From the NCBI GenBank assembly GCA_051362555.1, contig CM120649.1:3348001-3412000 (forward strand): 64,000 bases of DNA. The letters run 5' to 3'. This stretch comes from Lingula anatina (taxonomy: Eukaryota; Animalia; Brachiopoda). Position numbers and translations under genes: made by a program. Below are positions 47,748-61,619 of the stretch, in pieces. Under the pieces are notes generated by a model. It was not told where the DNA came from. It searched no databases and saw only the letters and a list, made by a program, of their open reading frames with translations. Position 1 is the first letter of the stretch. Each line of letters starts with the position of its first letter.

Positions 47748-48431
47748 GGGCCGGTTTCACAAAGCAGTAGTTAGTTAGAAAAACTAACTACTGAACTACC
47801 TCGCTAACGAGCAAACTTAGCGATTTTCGAGGGGTGTTTCACGAAGCAGTCCTTAACTCATCGCTAAGTTCAGTCGTAAAGTTCGGTCGTTAGTTCTCTC
47901 GTTACTCACCGTACTCTCGAAACCGTCTGCCGGAAGTGGAATTCTTGCGTAAAAGTGTCACGAAAGCACTAACTCTCCAATTTTTGGTGGCTGGAAATGC
48001 ATAAGAACGTCTGCTTTGAGGTCGTCGTAAAGGATCTCCACTACCTTTTTGCCGCTCTTTTTGTCACAGCTAGGCGCAACCTCTCGTAAATTGATCATCG
48101 TGTGTATATTCTAATAGATTCTGCCTTTCATGAAAACGTCGTAGTCTACGTTGCCGTCTGGCGGTACGGATAGCAAGAAAGGTAGCCGCCATATTGGATA
48201 CAAAGACAAACGACAGACAATGGTAACTAAGCAACCTTTTTATTTCACTCATTACGCATGCGTACGATGAAACTCGAGTTAGTGACTGGTCTGACCAGTC
48301 GTTAAATATCCAAGGCAACAACGAGACAATAACGAGCGAGAGAACTAGCGATTGCTTCGTGAAACGGCACTCTAACTAGCGATAGGCTAACTACCGATCG
48401 CTAACTATCTACTGCTTTGTGAAACCAGCCC
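47748..48431. mobile_element. Internally deleted Harbinger element, TSD CAG
   Basis: TIR GGGCCGGTTTCACAAAGCAGTAG / CTACTGCTTTGTGAAACCAGCCC with a CWG-type TSD. Residual RRLRRFHERQNLLEYTHDD resembles a Harbinger transposase N-terminus. Inserted in a ~30-bp tandem repeat (47662-48455). Confidence 0.75.
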
Positions 48432-49139
48432 CAGAAATCTTAGTCCTCCGGACACTTATTCCAGGAGCATAGGTCTGACGGACTTACAGTCTTGGAAATG
48501 TATATCTGTGTGTAAGCTAATATGGCCTCTGTAATCGAAAAGTGCGTGTATTTTGAACATTATGAAAAGTAACTGTAAATGAAAGCTTATTTATAATTCG
48601 ACTTGCCAGTTCTTCGAATTACTCTGGGTCGGTGCTGTATTTATAGTAGTGCAAGACAGCGCGTGACATCTGTAACCAATCAAAATTATCCGACGTGGCA
48701 AAGTAAAATGACCAGCAAACATGACAAAGACATAAAAATCACACAAAAGTTAAAAACGCAATTTCAGTTTTATAGGGATTCGAACTACCATCATATTAAT
48801 TTAAGATACTGTTCTGGATTCATATTGTTACACTGCCTAACCACTACGCCAGAGAGACGAACCGGCAATTTGGCGCTTTTACGGAGTAATTATATATGCT
48901 CACTAAAGCATACTATTAATGTCACTGGCCTTTACCTAGTAGTAACATAAAGGGACGGACATAAAAATAGGGCGGACCTCCATTTCGCTGTAAACGGAAT
49001 GCAGGTCCGCCAGGAATAGAAGTCCTATCCCTATTTATAACAGGAATGCAGGTCCCATTAGGACTACTAATACTAAGGAAGGGTGGTCCGTAGGACCTCG
49101 GTTCCAGGCGGACCTGCATTCCGTTCACACCGGTAGTTA

Positions 49140-50060
49140 CACTGATGCTCATAAGTTAAGCAACACCCCGTTTTTTTTTCAAAAGTTTCTTTTATCATGA
49201 TCATCATTTCATTTGTTGGTGGGATTATGCATATTTTTCTCATATTTTATAAATAACTTATTCAAGTTGAATATTTCGGTTAAAGAAATACACCACATAG
49301 CTTATTGTAATAATCAAAATAACTTTATTAACCAAACGTTACTAAAATATGCCAAACAATGTGTCAAAAAAGTATGCTCACACAGTAAAAAAAGTACGTG
49401 CTGATTAAAACAGCTTATTATGAAAAAATAAAGTTCAATCATCTAAGAATTAGTTTTAATAAAAGAAGACTGTAGATAATAGAAGATTAATCGTCTATTA
49501 TGCAATAAATATCGGGTGTGCCTTCCCTGGTTTTGAACAACAGCTTTTCATTGTCTCCTGCAACTTGCCACCACCAAATTCTGCAAATCTTGCTTTGGGA
49601 GCCGATTCCATTCTTCATTTACTGCCTGCTGGACCTCTTTAATGTTTCTAACTGGAGGTTGTCCCTCATTTACTGCCCTGTCAATCATATCCTAAGTATG
49701 TTCGATTACATTGAGAATTGGTAAATATGCAGGCCAATCCAAATGTGGGATACCGTGCTGTTGCAGCTCGTCTTGCACGGACTGTGCTTTCTGGATGGGC
49801 GCATTGTCCTGCACCAAAATTATTTTTCTTTCTGAATGTGATTGAATGTGTAATTGTATGCGCCCCAATGGTATTTCGTCTCTGTATTGTTGACCAGGGT
49901 ACCTTCCTTGAATGACGTACAGTGGCAAGTTTTCATCGTATGAGAAACCGCACCATACTATGACGGATATTCCACCACCCTGAACACGCAGAAGAACACA
50001 ATCATCCTGTGTTCGGTGAGACAAGTGTGATGTGTTAGGTGAGACACGAGTGATTGTCCA
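49140..50060 (-). mobile_element. Tc1-like transposon remnant (degraded DDE transposase C-terminus)
   Basis: GGGISVIVWCGF, LVQDNAP, LDWPAYLPILNVIEH (decayed WPxxSPDLNPIE); TA|CACTG-type end at ~49140. Confidence 0.75.
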
Positions 50061-50733
50061 CGTGCCTACGTACTCCACTTTTCTCTCGAGAAATCTGAAT
50101 AAGTCTGAATAAATATGAATCCGTATTTTACAGTGTATATGAATTAAGTCTAAAAATCTGAATACACTAGGCAAAAATGATTTGTCTCTAAAACTGATTT
50201 TTTTCATTAAGTCAACCTACATCTACTAGTATATATATCATTTTTCAGAAAAAGAGTGATTCAATTCAGTATGCAGTGAACCAGCACATAACAATACAAT
50301 ACCAGAGTACAGTAATAAAGTCCTGAAATAACCGTATTATCTGGCCCAAGGTAAACAGAAAATAATAAAGCAAACATCACTTGTTTACAGTCATCGGCAA
50401 AAATTAGATCTTTAATCTATAAAATTAATTACTGCCCAGTAGTATGCTATCTGGTACACAAGTATGTACTGTAGAATAAAGCTATCCTACCACTGATAAT
50501 TATGTATTTTTTAATATAATCTTTCACAACATTAAATCACTGGTATAATTAATTGTAACAAGAGCAATGAAATTAACAATCATGATGCAAATGAAAGAAT
50601 GAATCCATCCAGCAGTTATCTATCAAAATTTTACAATCAGCAAAAAATGTAAGTCCACTGTTTTGAATCTCATTTTGTCATCAGAGTTACAGGTACATGC
50701 AAAACCAAAGTTCAACAGCAATAAGTGACCTTG

Positions 50734-52248
50734 CTACAGTTCATCCTTCACAGAGGGACCAGCAGGCATCTGTAACCTGCCCATAAACAACACAGCGCCC
50801 GATATATTATCACGGATGAAAAACAAAAATGGGTGATCAGCAACAAAGGTTATGTCCCTTGGCATTGCACAATCAGTTGTTACTGTTGTTGCCGCCGCCG
50901 CCTCTGTTCCTTCCTCGTTGACATCAATGAAAGCCTTATGATGCACCTGGGATAAAAACAACAATCTGGTACCATCCATTCCAGATAAATCAGCCACGCC
51001 TTCTGTGAACAAATCTGGCATTCCCATCTGGCCCAGCTTTTCATGGAGGCAATACTCTTCTGTGAGCTTAAACTTGGGTAATTTTACCATTACTGTTTCT
51101 GAGAAAAGATCTCTGGCTGTGGTCTCTAGGAGGCTCAAAGTCATCTTGGATTCCAAGTCTTTCAGACCATCGATTTTGTCTGGAAGATAGATCAGCATGC
51201 TCAAGTTCTTTCCGACATATGGAATCTCCAGGATATGGCACTCAAGCTCCGTGCTATATCCAAGTGGAAATTTACTTTTTTGGTACATCATGTCGACTTG
51301 TATCTTATTTGTTGAGGTCAGCTGGAATGGTGCTTTCTGAGTTTGCTTTGGATCAAATTGACTGGCCCAGTTTCCCTTGAAATAAACTGCATTGACCAGC
51401 ACCATGGCAACCAAAGAATTAATAGAGCCCTCTGGTAGCAGGCTTTTTATTTTCTGAGCTGTCTGCTCTTCCACCCATTGGTTGATTTCAAGACGGGCCT
51501 CTTCTGGTTTGGCAGCAAAATCCTTCTCCTCAAGTTCAGCCCCATAGAAAGATCTCGTCAGTGCCAAATAGTCCTGCAGGAAATTATATCCTTTCTGGGC
51601 AAATAGCTTGTTGGCACACTCTAAGGTGTAATTATCTTTCTTTCCAAACAATGCTGAATTTAGAGTCTGAAAGGAGCTGTGAAGATCCTCCCCACTGTAT
51701 TTGCCAAATCGTAAGACTCTGTCCATTTGGAATTTGGTCTCGTTACGACTGCCAGCATAAGTCATCGCCATGGCGCTAAGGATGCTGAAAGGTGATATGA
51801 AGATATTTGCATTGCTGGGAGCATCCTTAGAAAGCAACTGATAAATGTCTGTTGCAAACTCATTGTTTATTCCAGCTAGAACAGAGAAGTCCGTGGACAG
51901 ATCTTGTCGTTGCTGTTGTTGTTGTGTTGCCATAGTTTTGTCTTGTCCTGTGTCTTCGGCTGCCCCCTGTTGGAGAATTCCCAGCTGGAATGTCAAGATA
52001 ACTGAAATGAAAGAAAATATGTAAACAATTATGTCGAATTTGTAGGTTTTAAGATAAGTGAAAAATTATTCAATTATGTGCAGAGCGTTTCAAACAAAAG
52101 ATAAATTGATAGCCCTTAATTAACATTAAACTTATAGTACTAGTAATTTTTCTATGCACATGTACAACTGCAATACTGAGGAACCTGACTACACTGACAA
52201 CTGCCAGACAGAAGATTCCCTCACACGTCCTACTGTAGGTCCTCCACA

Positions 52249-52294
<46 letters not shown>

Positions 52295-55200
52295 ATGTAC
52301 TTGTTGCCACCTGGTCTCAGCTTTCAGCATTACAAGTTTTGGGATTCATGCTACATACATACACAAGTTTATATGTTGGAAACAAGAAAGAAGTCGGGAA
52401 CAGTTTGCCTCAGTTTTCGGGCTTACATGCTTACGCTAAGGGTAAGTGTACTGTCAGGGATGAAACCAGTCCTCACTGAAAAAGTAAGAATAATTGGCCG
52501 GGGATCCAGGGTACACAATTCACAAGATTGACCCGAATGACCCTGAAAAAGTTGGAATTCCGACAAAAGTCGGAAAAGTCTCGTCAGTGAATAAGAGCAA
52601 TGTATATGAGGCAAAGGTGCAGAGTACTATACGGCAGCAATACAAAATTATATATAAAAAATTCATGAGATTTCTTGCACTTTTTAACCACGGTACATGT
52701 AACTACTAGTTTGGCCTATGAAACTACCCTGCTTACATGCACAGGTTCGTGCACATGTACCGGTGAAAGACATACATTGCACCAGTAGTTTGATTGTTGA
52801 TGATTGTGTTAGTTGAGACCGTGACCTCTGACATTGTGGTCCGTTCCCATGATGCATTAGTAGTAATGGTTAGGTGTTGAATAAAGTTTAGTGTTTATTG
52901 AACATGTGAATATTGCGTTGTTCCACATACACACAGTCTTGTCCATACAAAACTGGGACCGAGATCAACATGGTGGCAGCGGTGGAGAATAGAGCAATCT
53001 TCATTGACTGAGTGAGTGATAGATATTGATAATATTCTCTTAAACATAAGAATATTAACTTTGCCGTTCCACGTGGTCTGTCTACTGAGAAAATGGCGAC
53101 TGGAAGCAACGAGGCCGATCCGGCAGCTCCATTTCTCCACGTTAATACCAATTTGCGTCTCCCGCCAGAGCTTAACTTGCAAACCGGTAACGTACCCGAA
53201 AACTTTAAAGCTTGGAAGAGACAGATTGAAATATACTTACTAGCTAGTGGTATAAAGAAAATGGAGAAAGAAATTCAAGTAGCAACCATTATTAACTGTG
53301 GCGGTGAATCACTACTCAAAGCATATGATCACTTTGAATGGGGTTGATAGCGACCCAAATGACCCAGACGAAGTTCTGAGAAAGATTGAAGAGTACTGCA
53401 ACCCCCTCATAAATGAAGTGGTAGAATCACACAGATTCTGGACTACTCCGTATGTGGAACCAATTGATCAGTATGTAACTGAGCTGAAAAGCAGAGCAGC
53501 TTCATGTTATTTTGGCCAAATGGAGGACCGAATGATAAGGGACAAAATAGTATCAGTACCAGTGGCAAGCTGCAACAACTGTTATTGAGAGAGGGTGACC
53601 TTGATCTCAGGAAATGCATTAAAATCTGCCACTCCTACCAGAAAGCTAATAATCAAGCAAAGCAAATGTCCCAGGCACAGACAAGTGTTAACAAGCTCCA
53701 GCAAACTAAACCTCCACAGAAGCGAAGGCAAGATAAACCTCTGCAGGCCAAGAACAGTAAGCCACATCAGGTTAAACTCTGTAAATATTGCAACACCAAG
53801 CACAATATGAGAAAGGAAGATTGTCCAGCTTGGGGGAAAACCTGCAATGGCTGCAAAGGTAGGAACCATTTCAAAGTAGTGTGTAAAAAGGTGCGTATCG
53901 TCACAGGGGAAGAAACTTGTGCAGAAGAAAATAGTTGGCTCAATTCTGTGAACTCTGTAAATAAGCACAGAAAAACTGATATTTTGACAGCTCAAATGAC
54001 TGTAAATGACTGTGATGTACATTTCCAATTGGACAGTGGAGCAGATGTGAACATTATCAATCAGAGATATGTCAAAAGATCACAGGCTCATGCATCCTCT
54101 ATGACTTTACACATGTTTAATGAGTCTACACTCAAACCCCTTGGAGAAGCTGACTTACTAGTACACAACCCAAGGACTGGTGACAGTGAAATGGTGCACT
54201 TTGTAGTTGTCTCCAATAAATTACAGCCTATCCTAGGACTGAGCGCTATTCAGAAACTTGGTCTTGTTGCTGTGAATAAAAACAAGTTTATTGCCAAAGT
54301 AGTGGGATCTAAGCAGAATGCACCGGGTGACCTTGGTGATGCAACCCTCACACTTGACCCTGATGTGAAACCCAGAGCATTGCCATGTCGCAAGATTCCA
54401 ATTGCCCTGAAGGACCGTGTCAAAGCAGAGTTGGATTCCCTAGTAGAGCGACAAATACTGATACCAGTGACTGAGCCTACACCATGGGTTAGTCAGATGG
54501 CTATTGTGCAGAAGCCTAATGGAAAAATTAGAGTGTGCATTGATCCACAACCTCTTAATACAGCGCTGATGAGAGAGCACTATAGACTGCCAGTATTAGA
54601 TGACATACTGCCAGAATTGAACAATGCTAAAATATTTTCACAACTGGATGTTAAAGAGGCGTTTTATCATGTCCGCCTGGACGAGGAGTCAAGCAAATAC
54701 ACGACAATGATAACACCGTATGGTCGCTTTAGGTGGTCCAGACTGCCGTTTGGTCTAAAAGTCTCGAGTGAAATATTTCAAAGGAAATTAGATGAAGCCC
54801 TGAGTGACATAGATGGAATATTCTGTGTTGTAGATGATATCATTATCGCGGGACAGGGTGATACAGAAGCAGAAGCTAAAGCAGACAATGAAAAGAAGCT
54901 GAGCATACTGAAACAGAGGTGTGCTGAAAGAAACATAGTTCTCAATGAAGAGAAACAGAAAACGGGCCTAACGGAGATCACTTTCCATGGACATAAAATC
55001 TCTAAAGATGGAGTAAAGGTTGACGCAGTCAAAGTGAAAGCCATAATTGATATGCCATCACCCACTGATGTGAGCAGTGTCAAGCGTTTGTGCACATGGT
55101 GCAATACCTATCGCGCTTCTTACCAGACCTCTCAGGCATGATGGAGCCGATCAGAGAGCTTACTAGAAAAGACGTACCATTTCAGTGGACTAAGCAATGT

Positions 55201-58200
55201 GAAATGGCACTCAACACAGTGAAAGAAAGCCTAACTAAAGCACCATTGCTGGCATATTTCAATCCTGAGAAGGAAGTTCGACTCCAAGTGGATAGCAGCC
55301 AACATGGATTGGGTGCTGTGCTGTTACAAGAAGGCAAGCCAGTGGAGTATGCCTCGAGATCACTTACAGTATCAGAAAGGAAGTGGGCCCAGATTGAGAA
55401 GGAAGCACTCGCTATCTTGTATGGTTTAGAGCGTTTTGATCAATATACCTATGGACGGAAGGTGATAATTGAAAACGACCACAAACCATTGGACTCTATC
55501 CTACGTAAACCCCTCAGCAGTGCTCCCAAGCGTCTACAAGACATCATGATGAGACTATATCGATATGACTTCAAATTTCACTTTGTAAAGGGAACCTCAC
55601 TCATCATTGCAGACTGTCTAAGTAGAGCACATTTGATGGATGACCTAGAGCACCGACCTAGAATCATGGACATCAGAGTGAATGAAGACATCTCCGATGC
55701 AAGATTGATTGAAATTCGTGATGCAACCTTAGCTGATGAGGACATGCAAGTTCTTAGTGAACTTATTGAAAATGGTTGGCCAGAGTCAAAAGTGAGTACA
55801 CCAGATGTGTGTAAGCCATATTATGATATAAGAGACACACTTAGCTTGTATGAAGGCATAATTGTTAAAGGGGAAGCTGCAGTCATTCCTAAATCAATGC
55901 GTGCAGATATTAAGAAAAGATTGCACAAATCACACTGTGGCTATGACTCAATGACAAGAAGAGCCAGAGGAACAGTATATTGGCCGAGCATGAATGCTGA
56001 GATTAAACAGTTGGCTGATAACTGTGAGGCATGTCAAGAAATGAAGCCAAGAACCAGTAAAAACCTTCTTAATCAGCATGACCGAGGAACAAGTGCATGG
56101 CAGAAAGTTGGTTTAGATTTGTTTGAAAGCAAAGGTAGAAATTACCTTGTGACAGTTGATTATTACAGCAACTTTATAGAAGTAGACTATCTGAACACTA
56201 CTACTTCCAATGTGGTTATCGCGATTCTGAAGAAGCATTTTGCGAGATATGGTGTCCCGATCACCTTGGTATCCGATGGTGGGCCGCAGTTTGCGTCAAG
56301 TGTGTTTGACCAATTCACGAAGAAATGGGGTATAAGACACATAAAATCAAGCCCACACTACCCAAGAGCAAACGGAAAGGCTGAATCGGCAGTAAAAACT
56401 GTAAAACACCTTATGTAGAAATGCGTTAAAAACAATGAGGATCAGTTTGAAGCTCTATTAGAACTAAGAAATGTACCAAGACAAGAAACTGGGCTGAGCC
56501 CATACCAAATGGTGTTTGGAAAGCCAGGACGTACATTCTTACCGTCAGTTGCTAAGAAAAGCAAGGATCCTCAGGTGTTAGAAAAGATCAACAAAAGAAA
56601 CAAATCTGTGAAGAAATACCATGATAAGAGTGCGCGTGACCTGCCCAAGCTCAAAATAGGTCAAAATGTATACTTTGAACAAAAACAAAATCAACAATGG
56701 ATTTTAGGAAAAGTATTGGACACATGTGATGAACATAGTTACCAGGTCAAAGCCCAGGATGGAGCTACCTATAGAAGGAATAGAATACACATTCGTCCAA
56801 CGAAAATTGAACCCTACATTCGTGATAAATCTCCATCACGTATAATGAACAGTGAATTTCCAACTAGTGGAAAACTACAGGACTGTCAGAATCCTATGTA
56901 TACTCCAAGTGACAATGTTGCAAAACAGTGTGAGAATTATCACAGTACTGCGAATGCTAATGAACTGACTGAAACAAAAACTGTGGAATCTGCAGATTCT
57001 ATTAAGACTGGAAATGAAATTCCACAAACCATAAGACCAAAACGTGAGTGCAGAAAGCCCAATTATCTTAAGGACTATGTAGTTTACAAGTGAAATTGCT
57101 GTAAACATGATAAGACATTTTCTAAGGACTGTTTACATGGACTGTAATTTGTTTCAGGAATCACTGGATTTCCTTGTTCTTGTATGCAAATTTGTGCATT
57201 GTTTTCATTGACATTATCAGAACAGTTGTGATTTTCTTGTTCACTTACATTCAAATGTTTGATATTTGAATCTTTAAAGGACAATGTTACTTAAAGTTTA
57301 ATGTATGTTTACGTGTTCAACGACTGAAAAGGAACACTGGCAGATTGTTTGCAAAAAACTATTATATTCATAGACTTTTCTATTGTGGAATGGAGAACTG
57401 TTTATTCTGGAGTTGTATTAAGGAAATGCATTGCCATAAATGACCGTCAAACACTGGTTACACTTGCATTGACTTTGATCAGTATGGATCTAGATCTGAG
57501 CACCAGACAGATCATATTTTGATTGGGCAACAGTATTTGTATTGTGAACTTGTTATATCTCCTCTTAGCTCACTTTGTCCTTTGTAGAGCATATTTTCTT
57601 TTATAAAGAAGGGGGGATGTTGATGATTGTGTTAGTTGAGACCGTGACCTCTGACATTGTGGTCCGTTCCCATGATGCATTAGTAGTAATGGTTAGGTGT
57701 TGAATAAAGTTCAGTGTTTATTGAACATGTGAACGTTGCGTTGTTCCACATACACACAGTCTGGTCCATACTAAACTGGGACCGAGATCAACATGAGATT
57801 AACGTTTACACTGTACATGTATAAATGCACGATGAGTGACAGATAGAACATTCGGTTGTTTAATTCGCATTCCAAGTGATTTTGCCATTGTTGCATATTG
57901 TAAAGGTAGTTAACAAAATTAACATATCTCCCACAATGTATTGTCCCTTCTCTACCAGATAGCCAACATGTCCACATGTGGCTGGATATTATGTAATAAA
58001 TAAATTAGACTTCTATATAAAATAGTGAACATAACAAACAGAAAACTACGACATGGTGTAAGAATCGGGATCTACATTGGATCCATTGACTTACCGCGTA
58101 CGTTCAAACTTTTCAAGGGAAAGTGTGAATTGATATTTGAAGGACCTTTAGATGCTGTGTCAGAAGAAGACAAGTGAAATTTCTTCTCCTTTAGATTGGA

Positions 58201-60842
58201 GATAAAGGCCGCGAAATTGTGAAAACTCTTAACATTGATGATCCAGACGTATTGACCTCGTGTTGGCAAAAGTTGGAAGAATACACGAGGCCCAAGAGTA
58301 ACTTTCGAATTCAGAGATTTAAACTTAGAGCATGCAGACAAGAAGCAGGTGAGAGCATTGATTCCTTTGTCAGACGAATCAGACTCGTGGCAAATGGATG
58401 CAAATATACCGATGTTGAACAACACATAATTGACACTCCTATTTTTGGCACTAACTCAGAGCGAATTCAGGCGAAATTATTACAAAGAGAGGAAAATTTG
58501 ACACTAGATCAGTCTCTTGTCATTGCACGAACAGAGGAAGCAACTAAGAAACAGATTGAGGATCTTCACAGTACATCAGCAAAGGAAATTCATGCACTAC
58601 GACCAAGTGGCAACAGTCAAAGAGGGAGACCGCGTTACAGACAGCCACAACATTGCACTCCTCGCCAGCAAACTCAGTCAAAGTCAAAAAGCAAACAACG
58701 CTCACGACCACCACTGCAAGAATGTGGTAAGTGTGGAAATCAACATGGTTTTCAACAGTGCCCAGCTAAAGACACAATTTGTCTCAAATGTGGCAAGCCA
58801 GATCACTGGAAAAAGGTATGTAGAACAAAAACAATAAATGCACCGACCCATAGTAAAACTGTGCATTCAGTAGCAAATGAAAGTGACAGTAGCAGTGTAT
58901 ACTTTGACTCTATATATGTAGTCCCCAGTCAAGCCATTTACTGACATTGAAGTTAAAGTTGGGAACTCTACTTCAACATTACGTTGCAAAATAGACACTG
59001 GTGCTGAGGGAAATGTAACACATTGCACTGTCTTCTTTCAAAAAACGTGCAATTAAGCAACCACCAAAGCCTACAAATGACACGATTACTGCATATGGTG
59101 GCAGTAAGTTACCAGTATGTGGAATAGCAACATTGACATTCACAAATGACAAGGTCATGGTGACCTCAGACAGTTATATTGTGGACTGTGAAGGACCAGT
59201 TATACTAGGAATGGAAACCAGTCAGAAACTGGGACTTGTTACTCTGAACATAAATACAGTGACAAGACAGTCCATACTACCGGTATCAGAGTATAAGGAT
59301 GTCTTTGAAGGTATCGGGAAATCAGGTGGGGAATATCACATAAATATTGACCCCACTGTTTCTCCTGTTGTCACCCACCACGGCGTGTACCTATTGCATT
59401 GCAGCCAGCACTCAAGGAGGAGTTGGACTCTCTCGTTGAGCAAGGGATCCTGTCACCTGTCACACAACCAAGGAAATGGGTAAACTCGTGTGTATATGTA
59501 ACCAAACCCAATCGAAAAATACGTCTCTGCCTAGATCCAAAAGACTAAATACGGCAATTAAACGTCCACACCACTACACATCAACACTTGATGACGTCCT
59601 ACCTCAACTGAGTGGCGCGCATTATCTCAGTATACTTGACCTTCGGAGTGGATATTGGAAAGATTGAAGGCCAAGATTGAAGAAGTCTTCAAAGAGATTC
59701 CAGGGTGTACCGGAATCGCCGACGATCTTATCATAGCAGGTTGACAGGAAGACGGGTCTGACCACGACGCAACTCTGCGCGTAGTATTAGATACAGCCAG
59801 AAGAAAGGGGATACGCTTTAATGAAGACAAGATGATTCTTAGAAAGGAAGAAATTCCATTCTTCGGTCATATTATAGGAAAAGACGGGCTAAAACCAGAC
59901 CCAGCAAAGGTAGAAGCCATTAATGTAATGAATGAACCGAGAAATGTATCCGAGCTACAAACATTCCTTGGAATGGTAAATTATCTAAGCAGATACACTA
60001 CCCATATGTCTCAACTTACAACCAGTCTCAGAGACCTGTGTCTCGATTCCATAACCGATTCTATTTCGAAATACGGGGCCATGGAATCGAGACACTTGCG
60101 CACGTGCAAGTGCGTCTCGATTTCATGGCCCCGTATCTCGCAATAGAATCGGTTATGGAATCGAGACAACGCTCGTGCGCAACATAGCGAACCTTTTGAG
60201 ATACGGAGCCCTGTACAGCAAATATCTTTTAGTGCGAAAACTCACAAGTACATCACCAGGCAGTGCAATTGCACACTTAAAGAGCATATTCGAGGAGCAT
60301 GGCATCCCTGAGATTCTTAAAACTGACAATGGAGCTCAGTTTTCGTCTGAAGAATTCAAAAACTTCACAAACACTTGGGGATTTACGCACATTACGTCTT
60401 CACCTATGTATCCGCAGTCAAATGGATTCATAGAACGAATTATGTAATAATATTTATTTATGTAATAAATAAGATAAAGTTCTATATAAAATAGTGAACA
60501 TAGGGACGCCACACGTCTTAGCAACCGGCATTTGGGCTAACGCTACCCGTGCAAACAGGTGTGCAACGGCTAATTACAAAGGCCTGTAAAGGAAACCCAG
60601 GTAAATAACTCATCCTCACTGACACAAGTGGCCAAGCACTGTGAAGTATGATATCTTCGCACAAAGTCTGCCAACTTTTACATAGAAGTCAATGCGATCC
60701 GCTATGTTTGCATGGGTAGCGTTACCCCAAATGCCGGTTGCTAAGGTAAAGTGCCCGGATGACCGACTGTCCGAACAGAAAACAACGACAGCCATACCAC
60801 ATGCTAAAATGTATTCTTACCCACTAACTTGACGACAATCAT
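50734..60842 (-). CDS. Serpin with signal peptide and C-terminal KDEL; short exon 1 at 60821-60842, main exon 50734-52001
   Basis: ISPFSI, EINQWVEEQT, LVNAVYFKGNW, hinge EEGTEAAAAT, FVADHPFLFFIRD, ending KDEL*. The phase-1 acceptor at 52001 is matched by ATGATTGTCGTCAAGTTAGTGG|GTAAGA, giving MIVVKLVVILTFQLGILQQGAA. The serpin identity is near certain; the exon 1 link is inferred. Confidence 0.8.
52795..57793 (+). mobile_element. Full-length but decayed Ty3/Gypsy LTR retrotransposon
   Basis: 176-bp TG...CA LTRs (52795-52970, 57618-57793; 5 mismatches). PBS TGGTGGCAGCGGTGG (tRNA-Leu-like); PPT AAAGAAGGGGGGA; flanks TGAT/TGAG. Gag zinc knuckles, PR LDSGA, RT VVDD, RNase H and integrase, with frameshifts at ~53345, ~53555, ~55090 and a stop at 56418. 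Confidence 0.93.
57990..60502 (+). mobile_element. Second, internally deleted Gypsy element
   Basis: LTR remnant TTCTATATAAAATAGTGAACATA at ~58011 and ~60480; PBS-like TGGTGTAAGAA at 58054. Gag CCHC, IDTGA protease, RT and integrase fragments (KTDNGAQF, PQSNGFIER) with stops and deletions. Confidence 0.8.
60039..60168. repeat. 130-bp nested palindrome inside the Gypsy relic
   Basis: TGTCTCGATTCCATAACCGATTCTATT... pairs with ...AATAGAATCGGTTATGGAATCGAGACA, and each arm is itself bounded by inverted repeats. Confidence 0.85.
60517..60745. mobile_element. MITE with ~41-bp TIRs
   Basis: CTTAGCAACCGGCATTTGGGCTAACGCTACCCGTGCAAACA / TGTTTGCATGGGTAGCGTTACCCCAAATGCCGGTTGCTAAG, flanked by GT/GT. Confidence 0.65.
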
Positions 60843-60879
60843 AGTTGCTTTCTATGTGTGAAGAACTTGACCGCTGTTG

Positions 60880-61065
60880 CACTACTTTCTGATTGGAAAA
60901 TAACACTGATAGAAGTGTCCCTTCGCCTTTGGCTTTTTCTTGAACCCGGAACAACTAATAGAGTTTATCGATGGCAAGTTATTACTCATTACTAACAACG
61001 AAAGAAAATGCAGTTGGATTCTCAAATATCATTGGACGACCGCATGAAGTGATGACGTCATAACA
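60880..61065 (-). promoter_or_regulatory. Putative serpin promoter with CCAAT boxes and a CRE/ATF site
   Basis: ATTGG at ~60892 and ~61031, and palindromic TGACGTCA at 61053-61060, just upstream of the inferred exon 1. Confidence 0.4.
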
Positions 61066-61619
61066 CAATTACACTAAAACACCGGCACATCTAAAGCAAT
61101 GCTGAAGTGAAGACGAGAAAGTTACCATCTCAATCGGCTTTTTCCGTAATTGTTATCCCAAGTGAAATACATATTTCAATTAAATAGATAAATATTTAAT
61201 AGATGTTTACAACTAATACAAGGCTGCCAGCAATTTTCCTGCCAAGGAAAAAGCGACCCAATATTTTTTCTACCGATATTAAATCAACTTATAAAGTTCT
61301 CTCCTACTCACATTTATTATCATTAAAGTTTTGAATTTTTTGAAAGTTATTTTTTCCCAAATTTTAAGTAAATCTTCTGCCTACAGGATGATCTTGAAGA
61401 GATATCTGAACAGTGAGCTGTAACTCGCCTTACAGTGCACCACGCAACCAGTAGCACCACCCTGGTCTGTTGGAAAAAATAAAAATAATAATCTGATTTT
61501 TTTTTTTTTTGTTTTTTTTTTGTTTTTTTTTTTTTTTTGTTTGAAAAAATATTATATTCAAACAATGTATAGTTACATGGAAATCGATAGAATACATTCC
61601 TTTTCATTAGATATTGTGT

